NCBI GenBank assembly: GCA_964535655.1
Contig: CAZHTP010000001.1
Span: 186,862 to 250,861, forward strand
Source: an uncultured Gammaproteobacteria bacterium
GTDB lineage: Bacteria > Patescibacteriota > Microgenomatia > JALYQM01
Direction: 5' to 3'
DNA: 64,000 nt
In this document: in pieces, positions 54,014 to 63,987 of the stretch
How positions within the stretch are numbered: position 1 is the stretch's first letter
Layout: the number at the start of each line of letters is the position of its first letter
Program-made: the position numbers and the translations under genes
The notes under the pieces: generated by a model
Database searches by the model: none
Told to the model about the DNA's origin: nothing
The model's input: only the letters and a program-made list of their open reading frames with translations

Positions 54014-56566
54014 TTACCTTACATTAACGGTAATTTCTTTAGTTGATGTAACATTCTTGTTATCTGTTGCTTCGATTCTAATTTTGTGAGTTCCAGCCTG
54101 CTCAGACTTGAAGTTTACTTGTGTGCTGACGGGAGAGGAGTTGGAACTTCTCAACATGTTGTAATCATCAATATATATCTTCATATTAGCAATCTGTGCA
54201 TCGCCCTTAGGATTGGCATCTGCTGTTAAGTTGAATGTAAACGGTACATTTGCCTGATCTGGAATGTCGCGGATGATGATATCTGGAGCATCTTTTGGAT
54301 TGCCACCAATTGATGAATATCCTCCGAAGGCTCCTCCGTTAGGGCAGTCACCCTGGCAAACACCTGGCTTATTAAATAACTTAAGGTATGGGTCGGTTAG
54401 AATTGCGAACTGTTTATCTTCGGCATCGCAACTGTCGTGTTCAACATCATTGGTTCCTTTACATACGCGAACATTTTGGTATGTAATATCATTCGGTTGT
54501 GGTTCGGTACCCTTAATGAATATCTCAGGGCGAGTGGCGGTTGTGCCGTTACCGGGTCGCATACCGGTTTTTGCATCAATGGCGAGTGGTCCGTTAATTT
54601 CGTCGGGCTTTTTGTACCACTCATCAGGTTTATTATCCACTAACTGGTGCATTATTTTGTTCCAGATTGGTGTTGCACCGGTAACACCAGAAGCAATTGA
54701 CTGGTCCATAACTGCATTATTATTGTTACCGACCCAGGTTCCAACTACATAGGAAGGTGTGTATCCAAATGCCCAGTTGTCTCTCTTTTGGTCGGTTGTT
54801 CCTGTTTTGACTGCGATGTGTTTCCCTGCAATATAAAGCAAACTACGTGGGCCGAAGGCAGGAATGCGTGCATTATCGTCGGACAAGATATCGGATATAA
54901 GATAGGCTATCTCTGGCTTGAATATGCGTTTTCCTGATGAAGGTTGGAATTCTTCTAATACCTTACCTTTTGCGTCGGTGACCTTAATTACTGACACAAC
55001 GTCTTGTTTAACACCTTCATTCGCAAATACAGCATATGCAGAGGTGAGATCAAGAAGCGAGGTTTCTCGACCTCCAAGCGTAAGCGAAAGTCCAACATTT
55101 TGCATTGCTTGTGTTGTTGGTTCCCAGTTTGATATCCCCATTTCATAGGCAGTTTTCATGGTGTCTTTGATGCCATTAGTTGCCAGGGCTTTTACCGCGG
55201 GGACGTTTAAGGATGATCCTAAAGCTGTTCTTGTTTGAACCGGTCCGCGATATTTTCCATCGTAGTTAACTGGTTTATATGGATCTTGACCCGGTCCTGC
55301 GTCAAACTCGGTTTGTACATCTAACCACATGGTTGCGGGCGTATACCCTTTAGTGAATCCAACCGCGTAAGTTATAGGCTTAGTAGCAGATCCTGGTTGC
55401 CTATTACGGGTGGTTACGTTTACTTGGCCGTCGTAATCTTTAGCGAAATAGTCTTTTGATCCAACCATAGCCAAAATTTCGCCGGTTTTAGGATTTAGCA
55501 CAACTGCTGCTCCATTACCTACTTTAGCTTTTGCTAATTTATCTACTTCAGTTCTGACAATTTCCTGGACCTTATTTTGTAAATCTAGGTCAAGAGAGGT
55601 GTAAATGCGTAATCCGCCGGAGGCCACCACTTCTTTTCCGTATTTCTGCTCCATTAGATCTTTTACATAAAGCGTAAAATGAGGTGCTTGTATATCAATT
55701 TTTTGATCGGCGAATTTTATAGAATCCAGCTCTCCTAGCGAAGCTGTTTCTTGCTCTTTCGTGATGTGTTTTTCTTCTCGCATGCGGCGTAAAACATATT
55801 TTGCGCGATTTTTATAGGCATCAGGATATTCTCCAAAAGGCGAGTAATAGGTAGGAGATTGAGGTAACCCCGCTAAAATAGCACTTTCAGTTAGAGTTAA
55901 ATCTTTGGCTGGTTTTCCAAAATAGGTTTGTGCAGCAGTTTCAACGCCATAGGTTGTTCCTCCATACGGAATTTCATTTAAGTACATTTGAAGTACTTCG
56001 TCTTTACTGAATCGTTTATCTACTTGAATAGCTAAAATCAATTCACGCAATTTACGAGTTGGCGTTCGTTCTCCTCCAACTAGCGTGTTTTTGACAAGCT
56101 GCTGTGTAATAGAGGAGGCACCAATTAATCGATGATACCGAATTAAGTCGTATAGAATACGAAAATATCCTTCAACGGCAAACCCTTGATGTTTATAAAA
56201 ATCTTTATCTTCAGTGTCAATTGTAGCGTTAATGAGATCTTTGGGGATTTTGTCAAGGGTAACCAGTTCACGATTCTGTTTATCATAGACACTATAGAGC
56301 GTTTTTCCGTTGCGGTCCATGATTTTTGTGGCTTGGTCGACTGAACGATCTTTTAACGTGGTTGGACTGGGAAGATCCCTGGCAAACCAGGCAAAAACTA
56401 TTATAATTACTATAACACCTAGTAAGAAAAGTCCAAAAAATACACTGATTAGTACTGCGGTGATAGTTAGAATTTTTTGTTTTGTCGTGAGTTCTACTTT
56501 GTCTTTTGGGCCTTTTTTATCGAGTTTGGCGCGTCTTGAGGAAAATCCATTTTTTAAATCTTGCAT
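54014..56566 (-). CDS. Class A penicillin-binding protein (bifunctional GT51 transglycosylase/transpeptidase) with a C-terminal extension
   Basis: GT51 motifs EDKDFYKHQG and GASSITQQL; transpeptidase motifs SATKP, SLN, KTGTT; an extra C-terminal tail of about 150 aa. Confidence 0.9.
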   Translation of the reverse strand: MQDLKNGFSSRRAKLDKKGPKDKVELTTKQKILTITAVLISVFFGLFLLGVIVIIIVFAWFARDLPSPTTLKDRSVDQATKIMDRNGKTLYSVYDKQNRELVTLDKIPKDLINATIDTEDKDFYKHQGFAVEGYFRILYDLIRYHRLIGASSITQQLVKNTLVGGERTPTRKLRELILAIQVDKRFSKDEVLQMYLNEIPYGGTTYGVETAAQTYFGKPAKDLTLTESAILAGLPQSPTYYSPFGEYPDAYKNRAKYVLRRMREEKHITKEQETASLGELDSIKFADQKIDIQAPHFTLYVKDLMEQKYGKEVVASGGLRIYTSLDLDLQNKVQEIVRTEVDKLAKAKVGNGAAVVLNPKTGEILAMVGSKDYFAKDYDGQVNVTTRNRQPGSATKPITYAVGFTKGYTPATMWLDVQTEFDAGPGQDPYKPVNYDGKYRGPVQTRTALGSSLNVPAVKALATNGIKDTMKTAYEMGISNWEPTTQAMQNVGLSLTLGGRETSLLDLTSAYAVFANEGVKQDVVSVIKVTDAKGKVLEEFQPSSGKRIFKPEIAYLISDILSDDNARIPAFGPRSLLYIAGKHIAVKTGTTDQKRDNWAFGYTPSYVVGTWVGNNNNAVMDQSIASGVTGATPIWNKIMHQLVDNKPDEWYKKPDEINGPLAIDAKTGMRPGNGTTATRPEIFIKGTEPQPNDITYQNVRVCKGTNDVEHDSCDAEDKQFAILTDPYLKLFNKPGVCQGDCPNGGAFGGYSSIGGNPKDAPDIIIRDIPDQANVPFTFNLTADANPKGDAQIANMKIYIDDYNMLRSSNSSPVSTQVNFKSEQAGTHKIRIEATDNKNVTSTKEITVNVR

Positions 56567-56651
56567 TGATTCATTATATCAAACAGCAAGGATACAATTG
56601 CAAGTGAATAACTGCTTTACCGCTTGGTAGGGTCTTGTTATAATTTCCTTT

Positions 56652-57857
56652 ATGGACGACTTGCACACCCTCCTTGTGCGTAATGTAGATAGTATTTATC
56701 CTTCACGGGAGTTTCTTGAAAAGAGACTTGCAGAAGGGAAGCCTCTTCGCGTCTATTTGGGCGTAGATCCGACTGGTGCTTTGCAACTTCACCACTCGGT
56801 TCCGCTTTTTAAATTAAGGCATTTTCAAAAATTAGGTCATAAAATTTATTTGTTAATAGGAAGTTTTACGGCAATGATTGGGGATCCAACAGGCAAGTCA
56901 GCAGTCCGTGTTCCATTAACAAAAGAGCAAGTTATGGAAAATGCTAAAAATTACGCCGATCTTGCTTCTAAAATTTTAGATTTTCAAAACAATCCTCCTG
57001 AAGTAGTCTATAACGGAGATTGGCTGGAAAAGCTTACCTTTAAAGAAGTGATTGAACTTGCCTCTCATTTTACCGTACAGCAAATGATCGAACGCGATAT
57101 GTTTCAGAAAAGATTACAAAATGGATTACCGATCAGTTTGCACGAGTTTTTATATCCTTTAATGCAAGGCTACGACAGCGTTGTTCTCGATGTTGACGTT
57201 GAAGTAGGGGGGACTGATCAGACTTTTAACATGCTTGCCGGTAGAAAACTAATAGAACAATATTCTCACAAAGAGAAAGCCGTTGTAACAAATCCGCTTA
57301 TTACCGACTCTCAAGGTAAGAAAATGAGTACGAGTGATGGTACAGGTATCTCCTTAAATGTTTCTTCTATCGATCTCTATGGAAAAGTAATGTCATTACC
57401 CGATGACTTTATTTTGAATTTATTTATCATGTGTACTGAATTAGAAACAGAAAAGATCGATTCAATCAGGGACGCAATGGAGAAGGGTGAAAATCCTCTT
57501 ACTTATAAAAAACAGTTGGCTTATGAATTAACTCGCAGGTTCCATTCTGAGGATGCTGCCAAAGAAGCACAATCCTTTTTCGAATCTACCGTACAGCATG
57601 ACGAATTACCCACAGATATTCCAGAATGGATTGTCGAGCCTGGTTTGTACGAGATAACTGACTTATTAATGGATACTGGGCTGGTTACAAGTAAGAGCGA
57701 AGCAAAAAGAATGGTCTTTCAAGGTGGCGTTACCCTTCTTCACGACATTGAAGAAAAACGCATCGACGACGTACATACATTAGTTGAAGTAAAAAATGGA
57801 ATGATAATCAAGCTCGGTAAACGTCGATTTTTGAAGTTACAATTAGATACTAAATAA
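56652..57857 (+). CDS. tyrS: Tyrosine--tRNA ligase
   Basis: GVDPTGALQLHH (HIGH-like), KMSTS (KMSKS), C-terminal S4 domain. The extended -10 TGTTATAAT lies 7 nt before the ATG. Confidence 0.85.
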   Translation: MDDLHTLLVRNVDSIYPSREFLEKRLAEGKPLRVYLGVDPTGALQLHHSVPLFKLRHFQKLGHKIYLLIGSFTAMIGDPTGKSAVRVPLTKEQVMENAKNYADLASKILDFQNNPPEVVYNGDWLEKLTFKEVIELASHFTVQQMIERDMFQKRLQNGLPISLHEFLYPLMQGYDSVVLDVDVEVGGTDQTFNMLAGRKLIEQYSHKEKAVVTNPLITDSQGKKMSTSDGTGISLNVSSIDLYGKVMSLPDDFILNLFIMCTELETEKIDSIRDAMEKGENPLTYKKQLAYELTRRFHSEDAAKEAQSFFESTVQHDELPTDIPEWIVEPGLYEITDLLMDTGLVTSKSEAKRMVFQGGVTLLHDIEEKRIDDVHTLVEVKNGMIIKLGKRRFLKLQLDTK

Positions 57858-57868
57858 GGAAACCTGCC

Positions 57869-57970
57869 ATGGAGTTTATTCAAAAACATCAGAAATTAAT
57901 ATCTATTATAAGTATTTTTGCTTTTGTGTCTATTATACTTTCATCGTTACTCTCAGGATTATTATATTAA
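57869..57970 (+). CDS. Candidate 33-aa hydrophobic micro-protein (MEFIQKHQKLISIISIFAFVSIILSSLLSGLLY)
   Basis: Not in the ORF track (too short). SD AAGGAAAC lies 5 nt upstream. Single predicted TM helix. Its stop overlaps the recG SD. Confidence 0.3.
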   Translation: MEFIQKHQKLISIISIFAFVSIILSSLLSGLLY

Positions 57971-57982
57971 GGAGCGTATTTA

Positions 57983-60088
57983 ATGCTTCAGTTATCAGCA
58001 CCGTTATCAAAAATACCGGGGGTAGGTCCAGCGTATATTTCGCGGCTAGAGAGTTTGGGATTATTTACTGTTCACGATTTACTTCTTTATTTTCCGTTTC
58101 GTTATGATGATTTTTCAATTGTCGTTGATTCCAGTACTGTTCGAATAAACACCAGTGTAACCATTACTGCTCGCTTGTTAACCATTGAAAATATTTATAC
58201 CAGAAATGGGAAAAAACTTACGAAAGCGTTGTTTCAAGATGAAAGTGGAATAGTACCCGTGATGTGGTTTAATCAACCCTATCTGGTTAAATCGCTGAAG
58301 CCTGGTTTATTACTGCGATTAACGGGAAAGGTTCAGGAGTTTAGTCGGGTTGAGACGCTGATGTCTCCTAAATGGGAACGAGTTAGTGAGCAATCTAGCC
58401 CAGCCAGTCGTGCTCCTGAAACCTCGATTACGACTGATGTTCCTATAGAGAAATCCCTACATGCGGGGCGATTAGTCCCGATTTATAGTGAGACGGTTGG
58501 CTTGAGTTCACGATGGTTGCGGGAAAAAGTTGCGTATATAATTGAAAATTTAGGGGAGTTCCCTGCAGAATATATCCCCGATGGCTTGTTACGAAAAAAT
58601 AGCTTACTGCCGCTGGATAAAGCGATCACGAGTATCCATTTTCCGGAATCATTTGAGATTGCCGAACAGGCTCGGCACCGCTTTGCCTACGATGAGATAT
58701 TGTTTGCTCAATTGCGTTCTCAGTTACAGCGACTACAGTGGCGATCGAAGAAACTTGCATTTCGTTTAGATTTTACCGATTTTGCTGAAAAAATTGATCA
58801 GGTATGCGCTGGACTACCTTTTTCGCTGACCTGTGCTCAGGAGCGAGTAGTTCAGGAGATTATGCATGATCTGCAAAAAAATGAACCTATGAATCGATTG
58901 GTAGAAGGGGATGTAGGTAGCGGGAAAACGGTTGTTGCGGCGCTGGCGATGTATGCTGTATTCTTGAGCGGCCATAAAAGCGTATTAATGGCTCCAACGC
59001 AAATACTTGCTACTCAGCATTACGAAACTATTTCACGGATCTTAGGAGCGTATGGGGTCTCGGTATCATTACTGGTAGGTGGCAAAAAAATTGTTGATTC
59101 CGAATTGCGCTCTAATTTCCTAAAATCTGATATTATAGTTGGGACTCATGCTTTGTTGCATGGAGATTTAGCTTTCGAATCTGTCGCACTAACAGTTGTT
59201 GATGAACAACATCGTTTTGGAGTTGCACAGCGAGCTTTTTTGCGTTCCCGGCACGGATTAACCCATATTCTTTCGATGACGGCAACTCCAATTCCTCGAA
59301 CCTTGGCTTTAACTTTATATGGAGACTTAGATCTTTCAGTTATTGATGAAATGCCAGCCGGGCGTAGACCGATTAAAACATGGGTTGTACCACTTCATAA
59401 GCGAGAGGGTGCTTACTCTTGGATTAGGAAACATATACAGAAAACAGGTGAGCAAGTGTTCGTTGTTTGTCCATTTATTGAACCTTCTGAATCATCTGAT
59501 ACTGTTAAAGCTGCAGTAGAGGAATTTAAACGTTTGAAAACGGTTGTTTTCTCTGATTTGAAAATTGGCTTGCTCCATGGAGGAATGAAGGGGAGTGAGA
59601 AGGATGTAATTCTGCAGGATTTTAGAGACAAAAAAATGGAAATTCTTGTGTGTACACCAGTTGTTGAGGTAGGAATTGATATTCCGAACGCATCAATTAT
59701 TCTTATTGAATCCTCAGAGAGATTTGGCTTAGCTCAATTGCATCAATTGCGAGGACGTGTTGGACGAGGGGGGCAGCAAGCTTTTTGCTTGCTCTTTACT
59801 TCAGAGGAAAAACAAGAAGAGTCTCGAAGGCTGAAAGCCTTGGAAAATAGCAACTCAGGATTAGAATTGGCGGAGATTGACTTACAATACCGTGGTGCAG
59901 GGAATATTTTTGGTGTTCAACAGTCGGGAAAAATACTCTTTAAATACGCGGATTTTTTTGATACGGGTTTCATTTCGGGGGTAAAACAGGACGCAGCAGG
60001 GCTTCTTGAAGCGGATTCAGGGTTACAGCGAAATCCAGGATTACTTGCTAAGGTTTTAGTTGATGGGGAACGTATCGAGGCTAATTGA
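57983..60088 (+). CDS. recG: ATP-dependent DNA helicase RecG
   Basis: Wedge domain N-terminus; helicase motifs GDVGSGKT, DEQHRFGV, MTATPIPRT, QLRGRVGRG. Confidence 0.9.
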   Translation: MLQLSAPLSKIPGVGPAYISRLESLGLFTVHDLLLYFPFRYDDFSIVVDSSTVRINTSVTITARLLTIENIYTRNGKKLTKALFQDESGIVPVMWFNQPYLVKSLKPGLLLRLTGKVQEFSRVETLMSPKWERVSEQSSPASRAPETSITTDVPIEKSLHAGRLVPIYSETVGLSSRWLREKVAYIIENLGEFPAEYIPDGLLRKNSLLPLDKAITSIHFPESFEIAEQARHRFAYDEILFAQLRSQLQRLQWRSKKLAFRLDFTDFAEKIDQVCAGLPFSLTCAQERVVQEIMHDLQKNEPMNRLVEGDVGSGKTVVAALAMYAVFLSGHKSVLMAPTQILATQHYETISRILGAYGVSVSLLVGGKKIVDSELRSNFLKSDIIVGTHALLHGDLAFESVALTVVDEQHRFGVAQRAFLRSRHGLTHILSMTATPIPRTLALTLYGDLDLSVIDEMPAGRRPIKTWVVPLHKREGAYSWIRKHIQKTGEQVFVVCPFIEPSESSDTVKAAVEEFKRLKTVVFSDLKIGLLHGGMKGSEKDVILQDFRDKKMEILVCTPVVEVGIDIPNASIILIESSERFGLAQLHQLRGRVGRGGQQAFCLLFTSEEKQEESRRLKALENSNSGLELAEIDLQYRGAGNIFGVQQSGKILFKYADFFDTGFISGVKQDAAGLLEADSGLQRNPGLLAKVLVDGERIEAN

Positions 60089-60143
60089 TTTATTTACATT
60101 TGTTCTGATATAATCCACAATAGTGGTAATTTAAGGAGGATTT

Positions 60144-60263
60144 ATGGCACCGCTTCCGAAGAGAAGACATTCAACCGCAAGACAGGGAAAGAGAACCTCT
60201 GCGATTGTACTTAAACTCAGAAAAAAGCTTGAGCATACTAAAACATTTATTAAGTCAAAATAA
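60144..60263 (+). CDS. rpmF: 50S ribosomal protein L32 (short form, 39 aa, no zinc ribbon)
   Basis: MAPLPKRRHSTARQGKRTSA matches the L32 N-terminal signature. Strong SD AAGGAGG 5 nt upstream. Not in the ORF track. Confidence 0.5.
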   Translation: MAPLPKRRHSTARQGKRTSAIVLKLRKKLEHTKTFIKSK

Positions 60264-60266
60264 TAC

Positions 60267-60659
60267 ATGAAATCAAGAAATGACCCAAGACATCAAAAAA
60301 GAGAGCATCTCATTCAAATTCTATTTGAATGGGGGTTTCGTAAGAACAATGAAAATAGTTTTGAATTGCAGCCTCTTTTTGAGCATTTAGATGTTATAGA
60401 TGGCTATATTAAAGAAGCGGCTCCTCAATGGCCTTTAGAGCAAATTGCGCCGGTTGATTTGGCTGTATTACGACATGGGGTATGGGAACTACTTTTTAGC
60501 GATGATATTTTGCCTGATAAAGTTGTCTTAGATGAATCAATTGAACTTGCTAAAGAGTATGGTGGAGAGAGCTCTCCATCTTTTATTAATGGAGTATTGG
60601 GTACTGTTCTTAGGCTCCATCATAGAGAGAACAGTACACAAGAAGAACCCAGCAACTAA
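60267..60659 (+). CDS. nusB: Transcription antitermination factor NusB
   Basis: Helical NusB pattern including VVLDESIELAKEYGGESSPSFINGVL. Confidence 0.75.
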   Translation: MKSRNDPRHQKREHLIQILFEWGFRKNNENSFELQPLFEHLDVIDGYIKEAAPQWPLEQIAPVDLAVLRHGVWELLFSDDILPDKVVLDESIELAKEYGGESSPSFINGVLGTVLRLHHRENSTQEEPSN

Positions 60660-60661
60660 CT

Positions 60662-61357
60662 ATGTTTGAACCACTTATTGCGTTACTTCAAAAGGATTCA
60701 ATTCCTGTACATGATGAACTAATTCTGAAGAGGGCGTTTATTCATAGATCTTTTCTTAACGAAAGTCGAGATAAAACATTAGAAAGTAATGAGCGTCTTG
60801 AATTTTTAGGAGATAGTGTTTTGTCCTTAATAGTCTCACATTATTTATACGTTACGTATCCTTCTTTGCCTGAAGGGCAGTTAACAAATTATCGTTCTTC
60901 AATAGTTAAAACGGGTTCTTTGGCTCTCGCTGCAAAAGAGCTTGGGTTGGGAACATATTTACATATGGCTCGCGGTGAGGCAGAATCAGGCGGTAAGGAA
61001 AATCCTTCATTACTTGCCGATACCTTTGAAGCTTTACTTGGGGTAATTTATTTAAATTTCGGTTTTGAAAAAGCCCGTATTTTTGTTCAGAATAGGCTCT
61101 TAATTCATTTGGAAAATATTATATCAAGCGGCACATTCCGTGATTATAAGAGTATGTTTCAAGAGAAAGTACAGGAAAAATTTCGTATTTCACCGCTGTA
61201 TACAGTAGTGAGCACTTCAGGTCCTGACCATGCCAAAGAGTTTGAAGTTCAAGTTCAGGTCGATTTACAAATTTATGGAAAGGGTCATGGTAAGAGTAAG
61301 CAAGAAGCTGAGCAAGCTGCAGCAAAGGCAGCACTTGACGCTTGGCCTCAATCATGA
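60662..61357 (+). CDS. rnc: Ribonuclease III
   Basis: ERLEFLGDSVL catalytic signature and a C-terminal dsRBD. Confidence 0.9.
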   Translation: MFEPLIALLQKDSIPVHDELILKRAFIHRSFLNESRDKTLESNERLEFLGDSVLSLIVSHYLYVTYPSLPEGQLTNYRSSIVKTGSLALAAKELGLGTYLHMARGEAESGGKENPSLLADTFEALLGVIYLNFGFEKARIFVQNRLLIHLENIISSGTFRDYKSMFQEKVQEKFRISPLYTVVSTSGPDHAKEFEVQVQVDLQIYGKGHGKSKQEAEQAAAKAALDAWPQS

Positions 61358-61372
61358 TATCTTGGAGGGGTT

Positions 61373-61612
61373 ATGTCTACAACTATCAGATTATCACGTG
61401 TTGGTTCAAAGAAAGAAGCTCGATACCGCATCGTTGTTAAAACGACTCGTAGTCGACGAGACGGTCAGGCACTTGAAGTGCTTGGTACGTATGCTCCACT
61501 CGCAGAGGATTCAAAGCAGGTTGTTTTAAATCTTGATTCCTATAAAGATTGGATTAAGCAAGGTGCTAAGCCAAGCCAGACTGTTGCGTCTCTCGCTAAA
61601 AGAGTATCATAA
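61373..61612 (+). CDS. rpsP: 30S ribosomal protein S16
   Basis: MSTTIRLSRVGSKKEARYRIVV. Confidence 0.9.
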   Translation: MSTTIRLSRVGSKKEARYRIVVKTTRSRRDGQALEVLGTYAPLAEDSKQVVLNLDSYKDWIKQGAKPSQTVASLAKRVS

Positions 61613-61648
61613 ACTTTGTACACTCATACTTAAAATAAAGGAGTCAGA

Positions 61649-61921
61649 ATGAAAGACTTATTACTCTACATCCTCAAATCCATTGTCGATTTCCCAGATG
61701 AAGTTAGTGTTGATGAGCAAGTCCGCGAAGACGGTTATGTAGTTTTAAACGTTCATGTTAATCAGGGCGATATGGGGAAAGTTATCGGACGCGAAGGAAA
61801 AATAATTAAAGCTATTCGTAGTTTAGTCCGTGTGGTCGCTATTCGAGAGAATAAAAAGGTCTCAGTTGAACTTGAGGATCAACCATCAACAAGTGCTGAG
61901 AGCACAGACTCTGAAGAATAA
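61649..61921 (+). CDS. KH-domain RNA-binding protein (YlqC/UPF0109-like)
   Basis: GKVIGREGKIIKAIR KH GxxG loop; conserved position after rpsP. Confidence 0.8.
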   Translation: MKDLLLYILKSIVDFPDEVSVDEQVREDGYVVLNVHVNQGDMGKVIGREGKIIKAIRSLVRVVAIRENKKVSVELEDQPSTSAESTDSEE

Positions 61922-62622
61922 TGAATCTTTATTTTATAACGCTATTTCCTGAAGTTATAAATGCAACTATGTTAACGAGCATTATCGGTCGAGCGCATGA
62001 CAATGCTCTTTTTCATTTTAGTTGTTATAATCCAAGAGACTTTTCCCCAGATAAGCATAAAAACGTTGACGATCATCCTTATGGTGGAGGTAAAGGGATG
62101 GTCCTTAGGGCAGATGTCCTTGAGCTTACATTAAAGCAGGCATTTGCCGATGCTGGGCTTAGTTTAACCGACTATGACCGAGCTAAAGTTAGCATTGTTG
62201 CTACTGTGGCTGGCGGGGATCTTTTTTCCCAAAGAATAGCTGAACAGTATTCCTCCTTGGAGCATTTATTTATTATTTGTGGACATTATGAAGGAATAGA
62301 TCAGCGGTTTATTGATTTGTATTGTGATAATGAGATAAGTATAGGGAAATATGTTTTAACGGGAGGAGAGTTGGCAGCTGTAGTTATCGCTGAAGCAGTA
62401 CTTCGTTTGCTCCCTGGAGTATTAGGATCTGATGAATCTTCAGAAGAGGAATCATACAGTATCTTTGATAACGATCAGCAATTGGTTGAATATCCTCACT
62501 ATACTCGCCCAGCAGAATTTAATGGTGTAGCCGTACCGAACGTACTCGTGAATGGTAATCATAAAGAGATCCAAAAATGGAGATTACAGCAGTCACGAGT
62601 ACGTTCCCATAAACAAAAGTAG
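61921..62622 (+). CDS. trmD: tRNA (guanine37-N1)-methyltransferase TrmD
   Basis: SPOUT knot motifs (HPYGGGKGMVL, ICGHYEGIDQR, VLTGGELAA). rimM is absent upstream. Confidence 0.9.
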   Translation: MNLYFITLFPEVINATMLTSIIGRAHDNALFHFSCYNPRDFSPDKHKNVDDHPYGGGKGMVLRADVLELTLKQAFADAGLSLTDYDRAKVSIVATVAGGDLFSQRIAEQYSSLEHLFIICGHYEGIDQRFIDLYCDNEISIGKYVLTGGELAAVVIAEAVLRLLPGVLGSDESSEEESYSIFDNDQQLVEYPHYTRPAEFNGVAVPNVLVNGNHKEIQKWRLQQSRVRSHKQK

Positions 62623-62629
62623 TATTTTT

Positions 62630-63427
62630 TTATGGTGTAGCGGTTGGTTTCACCGTAGCTTTTGCTGAACTACTTTGGTTAGCAGCTTCAGTTGGGACAG
62701 GGGTTGGTGATGTTTCTGGTGAAGCCTTAGACTCACTGTTTCCTTCTATTTGGTACGAATTATATGTTTGTAGCAAATCATATGTTTTTCGGTCTTCTGC
62801 GGTTAAGGTGGGAATTTCTTCTGTTTCATCTTTAGGGGTAGGTGGTAGTTGAAGATAAAAAGCTGACATGTTTGAGCTCACAGTTACACCGCCATCTTCA
62901 GACTGGGTACCACCTGTATTTAAGTTTACCGATTCCATATTAATTAATCGTTTTGCTTTATATACCTTACCCATGAAAGTCTTAATGGCTTCGTAGTTGC
63001 CTCGGTATGCGAGTGTAAAAGAAATGGATGGACCTGTTTTAGCATTAGCTGCTGTTATTGACGTGTCGTTCACTAATTTTCCTGGAGTGAGCTGGATTCC
63101 CTGAATCTGAACATCACTTTCCTGTGCAATTTTTTGAAGCTGGATAATAAGCGCTGGAACCTCTTTTTGGTTGGGAAGAGCGATCGTTAGAGCCGAGAGT
63201 TGGGCTACTAAATCGGTTTTGTTACTTTCGAGTTGAGTCAGATCTGCAAGCTTTTTGTCTAACTTTACTTTGCGTTCTTCTTCTGCCGCTTTACGTGTTT
63301 GTAGTTCCTGGATTTCTCCAATCTTTGGCTGAATAAAGAGAAGACCAATTCCTACTACTACAATGATTGCTATCACAGGAAGGACGTAATATACACTCAT
63401 TTTCATTTTACTATTCGCGTTTTTCAT
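62630..63427 (-). CDS. pilO: Type IV pilus assembly protein PilO-like
   Basis: N-terminal TM helix, coiled-coil, then a periplasmic domain; S/T/P-rich C-terminus. Overlaps pilN by 4 nt. Confidence 0.55.
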   Translation of the reverse strand: MKNANSKMKMSVYYVLPVIAIIVVVGIGLLFIQPKIGEIQELQTRKAAEEERKVKLDKKLADLTQLESNKTDLVAQLSALTIALPNQKEVPALIIQLQKIAQESDVQIQGIQLTPGKLVNDTSITAANAKTGPSISFTLAYRGNYEAIKTFMGKVYKAKRLINMESVNLNTGGTQSEDGGVTVSSNMSAFYLQLPPTPKDETEEIPTLTAEDRKTYDLLQTYNSYQIEGNSESKASPETSPTPVPTEAANQSSSAKATVKPTATP

Positions 63428-63987
63428 TGTGCTCCCCCTGAGGTTTTTACTAACGTCATTGAAATATTGAACTGTAAATCTCCATCTTTTGTTGTACTGA
63501 CACTGCCTAAATTTATATCCGTAAAATATTTTGCACCTTTTTCTTTATCTAAAACATTCTTTACATAGTTATAAAAACTTTCAGAATTGTTAGCTTTTCC
63601 GTTGAGAACTATTTTGTCAGTTTTATCTATAGCGACGTCTGAGATCGTAATTCCGTCAGGTACAATGCTTTGAATATTTTCAATAACTGTTTTATAATCT
63701 TTCGCAGCGGAAAGGGTATTCATTGATGTCGTTATTTTAGCTTTAATTGCCCGCTGTGAAAGTTCGGTATCTGCAAAACCGAGCACTTGGGTTTTCTTGC
63801 TATCATTTTCTTGTACAACTTTTTTATAACTTTCGTTTAAAGTGATCTGGATTGTAAAGACGGCAATGACGGCAATAATGCCGATTACAAAAATAGCCAT
63901 ACTGACAATAGTTAGTAATTTTTGCAACTTGCTTTCACGCTCTTCTTTAAGAGTTATATCTGGTAAGAGGTTAATTTCTTTGGCCAT
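63424..63987 (-). CDS. pilN: Type IV pilus assembly protein PilN-like
   Basis: N-terminal INLLP motif followed by a single TM helix. pilM is expected just beyond the window edge. Confidence 0.6.
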   Translation of the reverse strand: MAKEINLLPDITLKEERESKLQKLLTIVSMAIFVIGIIAVIAVFTIQITLNESYKKVVQENDSKKTQVLGFADTELSQRAIKAKITTSMNTLSAAKDYKTVIENIQSIVPDGITISDVAIDKTDKIVLNGKANNSESFYNYVKNVLDKEKGAKYFTDINLGSVSTTKDGDLQFNISMTLVKTSGGAQ

